Shown here: positions 17,730 to 27,552 of the stretch, piece after piece | How the letters are laid out: every line of letters starts with the position of its first letter | Numbering within the stretch: position 1 is the stretch's first letter | Origin: Candidatus Delongbacteria bacterium | GTDB lineage: Bacteria; UBA4055 | DNA: 55,010 nucleotides | Direction: 5' to 3' | Assembly: GCA_016937995.1 (NCBI GenBank) | Contig: JAFGVM010000006.1 | Coordinates: forward strand, 1 to 55,010 | Notes under the pieces: generated by a model | Databases searched by the model: none | What the model saw: only the letters and a program-made list of their open reading frames with translations | What the model was told of the DNA's origin: nothing | Made by a program: the position numbers and the translations under genes

Positions 17730-18341
17730 TTATATATCCCTGGTTTTTATTTTACCATTACTTTTATCAAATATCTCATCCGAAAAACTCTCCAGAAAAG
17801 CTTTGTTCAACATGATCCTCATACTGACTTGATCTCCATATTTCTCCTCAACTATTTCAGCTTCGTATTTGTTTATCAGGTTCATTATCATACTTGTACT
17901 GTCATAAACATAATCGAATTCAACAGATATCTTAATTTCAACATCAATTATTTTACTGTTTGAGATCACTTCCTTGGCAGCTTCAGAATATGCTTTCATC
18001 AGTCCGCCTGTTCCTAATTTCGTTCCTCCATAGTATCTTGTTACTACAAGAAGTACATTACTCAAACCACTTGATTCAAGAACATTCATCATCGGTCTTC
18101 CGGCAGTTCCTGATGGTTCACCATCATCGCTGAATCTTGTAACCGGCTGATCAATACCGACAGTATATGCAAAGCAATTGTGAGTAGCACTATAATTTTT
18201 CTTACGGATCATTTCGAGCTGTTCTTCAGCTTCTTCTTTGCTTTCAGTCTTGAATATGGATCCTATAAAACGGGAACCTTTGATCTTCTCTATCTCGTAA
18301 AGATTGTTTCTTTCTATAGTTTTATATGCTATCTTTTCCAA
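17730..18341 (-). CDS. yigZ: YigZ/IMPACT family protein
   Basis: IKGSRF, ATHNCFAY, SDDGEPSGTAG, RYYGGTKLGTGGL. Confidence 0.92.
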   Translation of the reverse strand: MEKIAYKTIERNNLYEIEKIKGSRFIGSIFKTESKEEAEEQLEMIRKKNYSATHNCFAYTVGIDQPVTRFSDDGEPSGTAGRPMMNVLESSGLSNVLLVVTRYYGGTKLGTGGLMKAYSEAAKEVISNSKIIDVEIKISVEFDYVYDSTSMIMNLINKYEAEIVEEKYGDQVSMRIMLNKAFLESFSDEIFDKSNGKIKTRDI

Positions 18342-18416
18342 AGTATCATTTCTGAGCGTTAATTTAAGCTATTTAAATATATGATTTTTCAAGTGAATTG
18401 TAAATATGTATATGAT

Positions 18417-19205
18417 TCATAGTTTAGTGATATTACGTAACAGGTTAACAAAATTAGTCTGAGCCTTTTTTGCAGTATCAAAAACATCCTGATGAGATAA
18501 CTTTATATCAGATATTCCCGCCGCATAATTGGTGACCAGAGAGATGGCGGAGGTTTCAATATTCAGTTCTAATGATCTTATCAATTCCGGAACAGTTGAC
18601 ATACCAACAAGATCTATCCCTAATTTTTTTAACAGTCTTATCTCTGAAGGCGTTTCAAAAGTTGGTCCTGTCATGAACCCGTAAACACCTTTCTGTATTT
18701 TTAGATCAGATCTTTCAAATGCTTTTATGATATCGTAGTTCAAATTTTGAGAAGTTCTTATTTTGACCGATTTCTCGACTGAAAGTTTGTACAATGGATC
18801 TTCCGCTTCCGAAATAATTATAAGATCCCCCGGGTGAAAATTATCATTGATACATCCTGCCGCATTGGTTAGTATGAGCTTGGGTATATTCAATCCGGAC
18901 ACTGTTTCCACAGGGAATACCACTTCATTATAAGTGTAACCTTCGTATAAATGTATCCGTCCTGAGAACACCAGCAATTTTATACCGTTAAGCTTTCCTA
19001 CGACTATTGATCCTTCATGACCCAATACCGTAGAAACTGGATAATTTGGAATTTCTGAAGTTTTTAGAATTTGCTTCTCATCCATACTATCGGTAAAAGC
19101 TCCCAATCCGCTTCCTAACACGATCGCATATTCAATATCTTCTGTATCGATCGTTCTTCTAATAAATTCCAGTGCATCTGTAATTTTCAATTTTCCGTTT
19201 TCCAT
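18417..19205 (-). CDS. punA: Purine nucleoside phosphorylase (trimeric type)
   Basis: VLGSGLG, GRIHLYEGY, TNAAG, GPTFETPSE, VGMSTVPE, TNYAAG. Confidence 0.92.
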   Translation of the reverse strand: MENGKLKITDALEFIRRTIDTEDIEYAIVLGSGLGAFTDSMDEKQILKTSEIPNYPVSTVLGHEGSIVVGKLNGIKLLVFSGRIHLYEGYTYNEVVFPVETVSGLNIPKLILTNAAGCINDNFHPGDLIIISEAEDPLYKLSVEKSVKIRTSQNLNYDIIKAFERSDLKIQKGVYGFMTGPTFETPSEIRLLKKLGIDLVGMSTVPELIRSLELNIETSAISLVTNYAAGISDIKLSHQDVFDTAKKAQTNFVNLLRNITKL

Positions 19206-19220
19206 TCTAAATTGTCAATT
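19182..19220. repeat. Degenerate heptamer tandem repeat spanning the punA start
   Basis: aattttc aattttc cgttttc cattcta aattgtc. Confidence 0.6.
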
Positions 19221-19290
19221 AATTTATCTTGTGAATAAAATACAATATTTATAACTTAGAGTAAAGGAATTAATAATTCACGGTATTTCA

Positions 19291-19845
19291 ATGATCAACG
19301 ATATTTACTTAAAAAAGAAAGCACTAAGAAAACTTATCCGGAAATTAAAAAAAGAATTAACTCCGGAACTCAGAAAGATCAAATCCGATTCTATAATGAA
19401 CAAGATCGAAGATGATGTACATTTTCAGAATGCTGAAACTGTGTTTATCTGTTGGGCCATGGATGACGAGGTGGACACAAGAGATCTCATCATCAGATGG
19501 AGTGATCGCAAAATATTTATTTTACCTTCAATAGACGGAGATGACCTGATCTTAAAAAGATTTACCGGAATAAATTGTTTGAAAAATGGCGATCTTTACG
19601 ATATCCCGGAACCTTCCGGTGAACCTTTTGAAGATATCAGTGGTATTGAACTTGCTATAATACCTGGAGTTGCTTTCGATAAAAATAACAACAGAATGGG
19701 CAGAGGCAAAGCATACTACGACAAAATACTCTTACAGATGAAAAACAAAACTTTTCTTCTTGGAATATGCTATGATTTTCAGTTTATTGATTCTGTTCCA
19801 GTGGAAACTCACGACATGTTAATGGATAAGGTGGTATACTCATGA
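19291..19845 (+). CDS. 5-formyltetrahydrofolate cyclo-ligase
   Basis: EVDTR, IPEP, IPGVAFD...RMGRGKAYYD, ETHD. Confidence 0.93.
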   Translation: MINDIYLKKKALRKLIRKLKKELTPELRKIKSDSIMNKIEDDVHFQNAETVFICWAMDDEVDTRDLIIRWSDRKIFILPSIDGDDLILKRFTGINCLKNGDLYDIPEPSGEPFEDISGIELAIIPGVAFDKNNNRMGRGKAYYDKILLQMKNKTFLLGICYDFQFIDSVPVETHDMLMDKVVYS

Positions 19846-20561
19846 TCGATGGAAAATTTTTAAATATTTCTTCAGGTAAACTGGATATTATCGCTGAAAA
19901 GATCTATCAGAATGAATGTGCAGGTAAAAGAGAATTTTTGGTATGGTGGAGTGAAAATGAAGAATTCCCTTCACTTGGTATAGGGCACTTTCTATGGCTC
20001 CCTAAAGGTATTACTGTTCCATTTGAAGCAACTTTTACCAAGTTTCTGGATAATTGTATTTATGAGGATATTGAAATCCCTGAATTCCTGAACGATTATA
20101 AGGATGGATGTATATGGAATAGCAGAGATGAATTTTTAGATCCTATAAATTCCGGCCAGGTAGAAGAACTTCGAACCTGGCTTGAGGGTTCAAAGGATAT
20201 CCAGACCACTTTTCTCTACAACAGGGCTTTAAATATGCTCGAAGATATTATTGAGTACGATCCTGCTACAAAAATTATCATTGAAAAACTTCTTTACAGT
20301 GATCTTGGTAAATTTGTTGTTATTGACTACATCAATTTCAAAGGTTCCGGGCTTATTCTTTCTGAAAGGTATAAAAATCAGGGATGGGGATTACTTCAGG
20401 TTATACAGAATCTGAAATTCAACCCAAACATAATCGATGCCTTCATCAGATCTGCTGTTGAAGTTCTTGAACTTAGAATTTATAATTCTCCATCGAAGAG
20501 AAATGAGAAAATATTTCTTAAAAGCTGGATAAAAAGATTTGAGTCTTACCGGGAATTTTAA
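19842..20561 (+). CDS. Conserved hypothetical protein
   Basis: Long ORF coupled to the upstream gene (ATGA overlap); conserved-looking motifs NECAG, EEFPSLGIGHFLW, DYINFKG, ERY-QGWGLLQV. Confidence 0.75.
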   Translation: MIDGKFLNISSGKLDIIAEKIYQNECAGKREFLVWWSENEEFPSLGIGHFLWLPKGITVPFEATFTKFLDNCIYEDIEIPEFLNDYKDGCIWNSRDEFLDPINSGQVEELRTWLEGSKDIQTTFLYNRALNMLEDIIEYDPATKIIIEKLLYSDLGKFVVIDYINFKGSGLILSERYKNQGWGLLQVIQNLKFNPNIIDAFIRSAVEVLELRIYNSPSKRNEKIFLKSWIKRFESYREF

Positions 20562-20582
20562 CTATTTTAAACTGAGGTAATA

Positions 20583-21653
20583 ATGAAAATATCCATTCTG
20601 TCATTATTTGTTATTTTAAGTTTTTCTTCACTTTTCGCAGACTATTATTCCGGAGGGTTTGCAGAAACATTATTGTTAGGTCGACGACCTAATGCAAGGT
20701 ATGAAGCTATGGGTAAAACTGGTGTTGCTGAAGATGGTTATTTATATACAGGATTATTGAATCCTGCTTGTATTGGCGGGCTGGAAGGTTTAAGTATTAA
20801 TTATTCTTATGATCCTGCTTCATTTTATTTCATTGATGATGATGCATGGTATTCTGATTATTATGGTTTCGGATTGAACTATAAGGATTTTTCTTTTTAT
20901 ATAGATTATTACAGGCAATGTTGGGGAGAAATGACTCATACTGATGAATTTGGGAATCTTATAGATACTTACCAACAAGTACATTCTTTGTTGAATTTTA
21001 ACAGTTCCTATAAAATTAGCAATACTTTTTACTTAGGTTTTGGATTAAGATATGCAAATTGGGATTTCTATCCAGTTTATAATGACGACTGGTCATGCTA
21101 TTTATTTGACCTTGGATTACTAAAGAAGTTTGAAGTTTATTCTAATTCGAATTCAAAATACATCATGAACATTGGAGCAAGTTTATCCAATATCTTAAAT
21201 TCGAAAGTATCTGATGATCCAGAAGAACATGCTCCCAGAAACTTAAGATTTGGGGTTAGTAATAATTTCATTTTTAAAGATCCGAATTTAAGTAAAATAA
21301 CTATTAGTTCAGAATTTTATAAGATACTCAATTCTTACCATTCGGGAGAAGATGACTTTTCATTTAATAATGGTTTAGAAGTTACTATGGTGCAATATTT
21401 TATTCTTAGGTGCGGATATTATTATCAATTGAATTACGATTATGACAATTCTTACAATAAAGATCACTTATCTGAATTTACATATGGCCTGGGACTGATT
21501 TTGCCAATAAATGAAATATTTAACAATAACTTGATACCTCTTTCATTTAGTTTTGATCTCACTATGCTGGATCAACCTTCATACACTAAAGACAGTAATT
21601 GGGATGATTTTTATAATCTCAGCTTTACTCTAAATTGGAAGTTTGAGGAGTAA
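20583..21653 (+). CDS. PorV/PorQ (UPF0164, FadL-like) outer-membrane barrel
   Basis: Signal peptide; ARYEAMG...LLNPACI; DLG, GASLSNI, PRNLRFG, LRCGY motifs. Confidence 0.78.
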   Translation: MKISILSLFVILSFSSLFADYYSGGFAETLLLGRRPNARYEAMGKTGVAEDGYLYTGLLNPACIGGLEGLSINYSYDPASFYFIDDDAWYSDYYGFGLNYKDFSFYIDYYRQCWGEMTHTDEFGNLIDTYQQVHSLLNFNSSYKISNTFYLGFGLRYANWDFYPVYNDDWSCYLFDLGLLKKFEVYSNSNSKYIMNIGASLSNILNSKVSDDPEEHAPRNLRFGVSNNFIFKDPNLSKITISSEFYKILNSYHSGEDDFSFNNGLEVTMVQYFILRCGYYYQLNYDYDNSYNKDHLSEFTYGLGLILPINEIFNNNLIPLSFSFDLTMLDQPSYTKDSNWDDFYNLSFTLNWKFEE

Positions 21654-22043
21654 ATGAAAAATTTATTTGAATTTTTAATCTTTTTTTATGTAGCAATATT
21701 CATACAAGGTTGTGATTTTAGTATTGATATAGAGCCTACAAGCGGTAATACTGTTATTAGAGGCAAAGTTATTGAAACTTCCTCAAAGGAACCTGTCTCT
21801 AATGTTGAAATAGTACTAACTTATGCAGCTTTTATGGGGCTGACAATGCCGGCCCATACATATGAATATACAGATGCTAACGGTAATTTTAATTTTGAAT
21901 ACTACTGTGAAAAAGACTATACATATACACTTCACTGCGAAAAAGATAGATATACCGGGACTCCTCCTTATTACTATTCAATTGATAAAGCAGAAGATAA
22001 TTATTTTCTTATTGAAATCACTAGTAGAGATTCTGTTAGATAA
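21654..22043 (+). CDS. Lipoprotein with a carboxypeptidase-regulatory-like (prealbumin-like) domain
   Basis: Lipobox IQGC; IRGKVIE...EPVSNVEI...TDANGNF. Confidence 0.7.
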   Translation: MKNLFEFLIFFYVAIFIQGCDFSIDIEPTSGNTVIRGKVIETSSKEPVSNVEIVLTYAAFMGLTMPAHTYEYTDANGNFNFEYYCEKDYTYTLHCEKDRYTGTPPYYYSIDKAEDNYFLIEITSRDSVR

Positions 22044-22160
22044 CCGAATAATAAAACTTTGTTTTTTTTTTGTAAAAGTTATTTTTATTCCCTATTCTCT
22101 TGAATTTTGTATGACATGTTTATATATTGAATTATCTGAAATGATTATATTGGAGTTTAT

Positions 22161-22919
22161 ATGATAAATATTGCATTATGTGGTGGATATGGAAAAATGG
22201 GACGTACCATTGCGGGACTGTGCGAATCAGGAAAAGAATACCATATTTCATACATTATCGAGACAAATGATAAATGCCTTCTTACCAATCTTGGTATCGG
22301 AATCAAACTCAGTGATGTGATAGATCATGATGATATTGATGTTGTTGTAGATTTTACATCAAAAGATTCATGCCTTGAGCATATGAAGATCAGTATTGAT
22401 AATGGAAAACCGTTTGTTACAGGTACTACAGGATTCAATGAAAATGATTTGATCGGGATAAATAAGTTGGCTGAGAATGGAAAAGTTTTCTACTCGCCGA
22501 ATTTCTCGCCCGGTATATATATACTCGGAAAAGCACTTAATAAAATATCTGAACTTGCTCAGGATGACTATGATATAGAAATGCTTGAGATGCATCATAA
22601 TCAGAAAACAGATGCACCGAGTGGAACTGCACTTAAACTTAGAGATATTCTTTTAAGCAGCTATCCTGACCATAATGTCATTTACGGAAGAAAAGGTGAT
22701 TATAAACCGAGAAGCAGGAATGAAATAGCTATTCATACTCTCAGAGGAGGTGATGTAGTGGGCGATCATAAAGTGATCTTTGCTGGAAATGGTGAGAGAA
22801 TTGAGTTGACACATAAGGCTATTTCCAGAGATACTTTTGCTTTCGGTGTTTTAAAAGCCGTTGAATATATAACTAAACAGAAAGAAAAAAGACTATATGG
22901 AATGGATGATCTATTTTAA
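22161..22919 (+). CDS. dapB: 4-hydroxy-tetrahydrodipicolinate reductase
   Basis: GGYGKMG, VDFT, GTTG, EMHHNQKTDAPSGTA, RGGDVVGDH. Confidence 0.96.
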   Translation: MINIALCGGYGKMGRTIAGLCESGKEYHISYIIETNDKCLLTNLGIGIKLSDVIDHDDIDVVVDFTSKDSCLEHMKISIDNGKPFVTGTTGFNENDLIGINKLAENGKVFYSPNFSPGIYILGKALNKISELAQDDYDIEMLEMHHNQKTDAPSGTALKLRDILLSSYPDHNVIYGRKGDYKPRSRNEIAIHTLRGGDVVGDHKVIFAGNGERIELTHKAISRDTFAFGVLKAVEYITKQKEKRLYGMDDLF

Positions 22920-23448
22920 AATATTCTTAATATTTTTGATACTGACGATCTCGGCATGTACAGTAAAAATTCCTGATATTAAGATAACCGGAGAAAAAAC
23001 AGCTTTGGAAAATCAGGTACTCGGGGAATATTCCAAGATCAAGGAAGATGCATGGATGGTCACTTCTGAAAGAGGAGACGGCCAGATCAGGATAACTGCT
23101 GACCGTAAAGAAGTGGTCGAAGCTGTCAGGGACAGAGAATTCTTGAAGGATGATATCAGCGAACTTAAGATCAAGGGATATCTGGGAGAATTAAACAACG
23201 GTCAAATAGATGTTGTGGATGCTGGTGAAGTGGCAAAACTTAATAAAAAAGAGAAAGACCTTATCAAACTTCTGATGGAAAAAGAAAATAAAGCCCGAAA
23301 ATTGATCATGGAAAGAATAATAGAGACCGATGCTAAATTTAAATCTTCACCTGAAGAGGTCTATCAGGCATTTTTTGTTATGAATCTGGAAGATTCACCA
23401 GAAAATACATTCTATAAAAATAAAAAAGACAAATGGGTTAAGAAGTAG
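22897..23448 (+). CDS. DUF1318 (YdbL-like) lipoprotein
   Basis: Lipobox ISAC; EKTALENQVLG; GYLGELNNG; ENKAR; C-terminal WVKK. Confidence 0.7.
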   Translation: MEWMIYFKIFLIFLILTISACTVKIPDIKITGEKTALENQVLGEYSKIKEDAWMVTSERGDGQIRITADRKEVVEAVRDREFLKDDISELKIKGYLGELNNGQIDVVDAGEVAKLNKKEKDLIKLLMEKENKARKLIMERIIETDAKFKSSPEEVYQAFFVMNLEDSPENTFYKNKKDKWVKK

Positions 23449-26400
23449 TATTAAAATGCTCAATGATCTTCTGTCCCCTTCTAAAGAAATATGTTGTTTT
23501 AAAGAGTTCTTCCTGAACATTATCCATATTAGCCAGTAAATATTCTTTAATTTCCTCGTAGAAACCTACAAAAGGAGCTATTTTTTCCTTTTCAACTTTA
23601 GCCATCAGAGCAAATTCCATAAATGGAATTATTGAATAAACATTTATCATGGTAAAACCGGCAATATGAAGCTTTTTAGAAAGCTCTAATATGGTGTTTA
23701 TAAGATTTTCATTTTTTGTAAGCATGAACCTTGTGATATTATAGACAAGAAAATCACCTGTGATCTCAGGATTCAAAAATCTCTTCTCTATTTTTCCCAT
23801 TACCTTGTCCATTGGAGGCAGCTTTTTATATTTTTTTGTATAGTGCAAAAGCATCATAGGTGTCTCTAGCTGCAGATTGCCATTCAATATATCATCCATC
23901 TGAGATGGAGACCACCTGTAACAAATATTATGCTCATAGAATACATCCAGACTTTCCTTGTATACCCTATATATCTCATCTGTGAGAACATTATCATCAT
24001 ACAGAGCTTTGATATCTGTCAAAGCTTCTTCTTTGGTAAATATTTCGGGATAATATTTTGCTATCCTGTCAAAATTTGTAAGCAATTTCGCTTCTGTTGA
24101 ATGCCTGAAATATAAATATGCTTTCCTTATAATTTTTTTTGCCGATTTGAAATCCCCTGTTCTGTGATAGAGAATGAATTCGTTAGTTAAAAGTTCGATG
24201 TAAAGTTCCAGTCTGTTTGTTTCTTTTGCCTGCCTTCTGATCTCTCTAAGCAAGCTTATTATTTCTCCCAAAGGATAGTAGAGATTTATCTTTGTAGATA
24301 CAACATCTCCCAGATCATCAAGACTGAGAGATCTTTTTAATTTGTCAGAAAGGTATATTTTCTTATTTTCAAAGTATAGTGCTTTTTCATAATCAGAGGT
24401 ATAGTAATAGTAATTTGCAAGGGTCCTTAATATGAGAAACATATTTTCAGTATCCTTCTCTTTGTAGGCAACCTCTAATCCGTATGTCAACCTCTCGCTA
24501 TAGTCCTGCTCGATACATTCTCTTTCTGCAAATTTTGCCAAAGTACTCAGAAGATAAAAATAGTTGTCGTTGAATATCTTTTTCGATACAAATACATCTA
24601 TGTATTCTGATATTCTTTCCTCCAGATGATCATTCCATGGAATAACTCCATAAACTATCTTCATAGTATCCAGGATTATCTGATACTCTACCAGTTCATC
24701 TTTATCCTTATTGAAATCCTCTTCAAGTATTTTGGTCAACTCAACTCCATTATCATAATATTTCCTGCTCGATAATAAATTATGCAAAACTTCGAACATA
24801 TCATGATAAAATTCTTCAGCAGATAAATTGGCCTTATAGATCTCGAGGTTCTTCCTGACAAAAGAAATGATATTGTAATCATAGTAAAATTCATTATGAA
24901 GATAAAGCTTTATTCTGATGTACTTCAATTTACTTTCAATACTGGTTATCTCTTCCTGGAAAGTTTTTTCAACCGATTTAATGATCTTAACAGCTTTTTC
25001 TATATCAACACCTTCCAGGAAGAAAGCAAAATTCAACTCTAACCGGAATTTTACTTCCTGATCTTCACAAAGCTTAATGCAATTCAGTAGTAAATAATAC
25101 AAATTATCGTTTGTATCACGTTTACGCATGATCTCAACATATTTATTTAAATTCGCAAGTTGAGATATATCAATTCCGTTCAAAATATATTTTAATATCC
25201 TTACTGCTGCTCTTGAGAATTTATCATCTTGATCCAGCTTGATAATTCTCGAATAATACTTTTTTAAAGGTTCTTTTTTGATAGAGCTAAAGATATAGTC
25301 CTTAATTTCACTCTTTACAACTTTATAGAGGTTTTTATAACCTGATATTAATCCAAGATTTACCAGTCTTGACAGAATTTTTTTCAGATCAAAATCACTC
25401 AAAGGTATGAATTTTTTTATTTCTTCAACCGTTAGCTTATTGAATGTTACTGTTAACAATATCAAAATATTTATGTCGTTTTCATCAAGTCCTTTTATAA
25501 GACTTTTCACCGACTTCTTACTGCCTCTTTTCAGAACCTTTATGAAATTGTCCTTGTTTTTGAAGAACAAGACTCCTCCAACATAAGTGATCACATTTTT
25601 CTGAATCAATCCGTCAAAAAATGTCATAAGTGTCCTAAAATTTCCCGCACTGTAATCAAATATAAGTTTATTGAAATTCGATGGCACATTACCGATATCA
25701 CCAAGGAAATATGAAATTACTTTCTCAGTTTCTTCAAATGATAAAGTAGGAACTTCAATGCTCTCTATCTCTGGGTCATATTCAATGAGTTTATAGCTCT
25801 GTTCTATATTCTGTGGCATCTTATCCGTTGTAAGAGAAATAATGAGATATAGACAACCCTCTTTATTTTGACCTATCAATCTGTTGATGAACCTTACCGA
25901 TTCCTGATCATATCTTTCAAAATTATCAAAAATTATCGTGAGCTTATTTTTCCTATCATTTGAACATAAGCACAAAAAATTGATCACATCATCATAAATA
26001 TAAAAATAATCCTGCTCTTTCTCTGCAATGGAATTGATCTCGTTGTTGATTCTTTGATATTCATCCTCGATGTCTACTATTCCCTTGAAGTTGTTATATG
26101 CTTTTTTAAGAAGCAGCTTACCTATTAAAAAATCCTCACTTGTATTATCTTCAAGATACATACGTATGATCTTCTCTAGAGATAATGTGATATTGTAAAA
26201 TATCTGATCCAGTATTTTTGTCTTACCGGATCCTGATACTCCATATAAAAATACGGTTTTACCACTTTTCTTCTGGTCTGTAAGCTTATGGATCTTAAGA
26301 AGATTACTGAAAATATTTTCTCTAAGGATAAACTTGGTATTATTCAAAAAAGATGTTGTGTGAAAGATATTCGGTATAGGATATTTTGTGCCAAATGTAC

Positions 26401-27268
26401 TGTTCAGAACACTTATTGCCTCAATTGCGGACGATATTCTTGTTCCTGGATCTTTCTGGATCAGGTGGGAAATGAAATATTTTATCTTTTTACTCTTAAT
26501 TTCATTAAGTAACTGCCTGTTGTTATCATACATTTCATTTAATGCCTGAAGCAACCTTTCCCCGCTGATCTTCTTTGACAATGATGAATAATAACTTTCC
26601 CCTGCAGTTGCATGGATTACAGCTATTCCAAGAGAGTAAAGATCTATTTTTGGAGATACTTTTGTGGGATCCAGAAAAAACTCAGGTGCGATATATTCTA
26701 TAGTTCCTCTGACCGCTCCCTGCTCTGACAGTGTATTTTTTATCTCAGACAATCCGAAATCTATTAATTTTACGATAAGATCTCCATCATTATCAATTAT
26801 AATGATGTTCTCAGGCTTTATATCAAAATGGATCACCTCATTAGAATGAAGATAATTCAGACCGTCTAAGACCTGATAAACAACATTTGCAAATACATCC
26901 TCACCTAAAGAGTCATTGTAGAATTCTTTTAAATTCAATCCGTTTAGATAGTCCATTGTGTAATAATACTTACCCAGCTTAGTATCATAGCCAAAATCGT
27001 AAACGTTTATAATATTTTTATGATTCAAGGATTTTATGATCGAAAATTCAGATTTTACAGATTCCAGTATGTCTTTTATATGATCTTTCTCTTCTGATGA
27101 AACTTTTATTAATTTTAATGCCAGTTCGATCTTTGATGTGATCGTTTTCACCTGAACTATCATTCCCTGTGAACCGCTTCCCAAGATCTTTTCAACGGTA
27201 TACATAGAATCTATTACTGTACCTATCTCTACCAATTCATACTCCGAACAAAATGTAATTTTTATCAC
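23438..27268 (-). CDS. Ser/Thr protein kinase fused to a P-loop NTPase (AAA_16/STAND-like), winged helix and helical repeats
   Basis: LGSGSQG, ALK, HFDIKPEN, DFG, GTIEYIAPE, DLYSLG; Walker A GVSGSGKT; Walker B IIFDNFE. True start may be TTG at 27235 behind a GGAG SD. Confidence 0.87.
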   Translation of the reverse strand: MIKITFCSEYELVEIGTVIDSMYTVEKILGSGSQGMIVQVKTITSKIELALKLIKVSSEEKDHIKDILESVKSEFSIIKSLNHKNIINVYDFGYDTKLGKYYYTMDYLNGLNLKEFYNDSLGEDVFANVVYQVLDGLNYLHSNEVIHFDIKPENIIIIDNDGDLIVKLIDFGLSEIKNTLSEQGAVRGTIEYIAPEFFLDPTKVSPKIDLYSLGIAVIHATAGESYYSSLSKKISGERLLQALNEMYDNNRQLLNEIKSKKIKYFISHLIQKDPGTRISSAIEAISVLNSTFGTKYPIPNIFHTTSFLNNTKFILRENIFSNLLKIHKLTDQKKSGKTVFLYGVSGSGKTKILDQIFYNITLSLEKIIRMYLEDNTSEDFLIGKLLLKKAYNNFKGIVDIEDEYQRINNEINSIAEKEQDYFYIYDDVINFLCLCSNDRKNKLTIIFDNFERYDQESVRFINRLIGQNKEGCLYLIISLTTDKMPQNIEQSYKLIEYDPEIESIEVPTLSFEETEKVISYFLGDIGNVPSNFNKLIFDYSAGNFRTLMTFFDGLIQKNVITYVGGVLFFKNKDNFIKVLKRGSKKSVKSLIKGLDENDINILILLTVTFNKLTVEEIKKFIPLSDFDLKKILSRLVNLGLISGYKNLYKVVKSEIKDYIFSSIKKEPLKKYYSRIIKLDQDDKFSRAAVRILKYILNGIDISQLANLNKYVEIMRKRDTNDNLYYLLLNCIKLCEDQEVKFRLELNFAFFLEGVDIEKAVKIIKSVEKTFQEEITSIESKLKYIRIKLYLHNEFYYDYNIISFVRKNLEIYKANLSAEEFYHDMFEVLHNLLSSRKYYDNGVELTKILEEDFNKDKDELVEYQIILDTMKIVYGVIPWNDHLEERISEYIDVFVSKKIFNDNYFYLLSTLAKFAERECIEQDYSERLTYGLEVAYKEKDTENMFLILRTLANYYYYTSDYEKALYFENKKIYLSDKLKRSLSLDDLGDVVSTKINLYYPLGEIISLLREIRRQAKETNRLELYIELLTNEFILYHRTGDFKSAKKIIRKAYLYFRHSTEAKLLTNFDRIAKYYPEIFTKEEALTDIKALYDDNVLTDEIYRVYKESLDVFYEHNICYRWSPSQMDDILNGNLQLETPMMLLHYTKKYKKLPPMDKVMGKIEKRFLNPEITGDFLVYNITRFMLTKNENLINTILELSKKLHIAGFTMINVYSIIPFMEFALMAKVEKEKIAPFVGFYEEIKEYLLANMDNVQEELFKTTYFFRRGQKIIEHFNTTS

Positions 27269-27411
27269 AGACCCGATGTTTAAATTAATTTTACCATTAT
27301 TTAAACCCGTCGATATGCTGTTAATAGCTTATACTGTAATAATAAGTAATAGTTTTTCCTTACACAAACACTAATATATTAATTATCGACCATCATTTGC
27401 AACATATCACT

Positions 27412-27440
27412 TTGACATTTAAAAGCAAATTCATTACCTT
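27412..27440 (+). promoter_or_regulatory. Sigma70-type promoter of the moa operon
   Basis: TTGACA (27412-27417), 17-bp spacer, TACCTT (27435-27440). Confidence 0.65.
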
Positions 27441-27458
27441 GCTATCCTGTTTAATAAC

Positions 27459-27548
27459 CTCTGAAGTCATTAAGTCTAAGGCCTGCTACGATTAAATGAC
27501 CATTGGGCCGGATGTGAAAACTACCGACCTCCCGGAATAGGAAAGGAG
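27459..27548 (+). ncRNA. Molybdenum/tungsten cofactor riboswitch (Moco RNA motif family, apparently without P3)
   Basis: P1 ctct/ggag pairing with the SD; P2 gtcatt...aatgac containing a receptor-like tctaag...tacga; P4 with a GAAA tetraloop; P5 tcc...gga; directly upstream of moaA. Confidence 0.88.
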
Positions 27549-27552
27549 TATC

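Noticed and set aside
19206-19290. 6S RNA upstream of the 5-formyl-THF cyclo-ligase gene (common synteny)
   Set aside because: The spacer is only 85 bp, AT-rich and partly heptamer repeat; too short for 6S RNA.
22044-22160. Lysine riboswitch before dapB (or before lysC at 49070-49119), and the ORF 21862-22164
   Set aside because: The spacers are too short and unstructured; the ORF overlaps a better-supported lipoprotein gene and runs through a poly-T tract.
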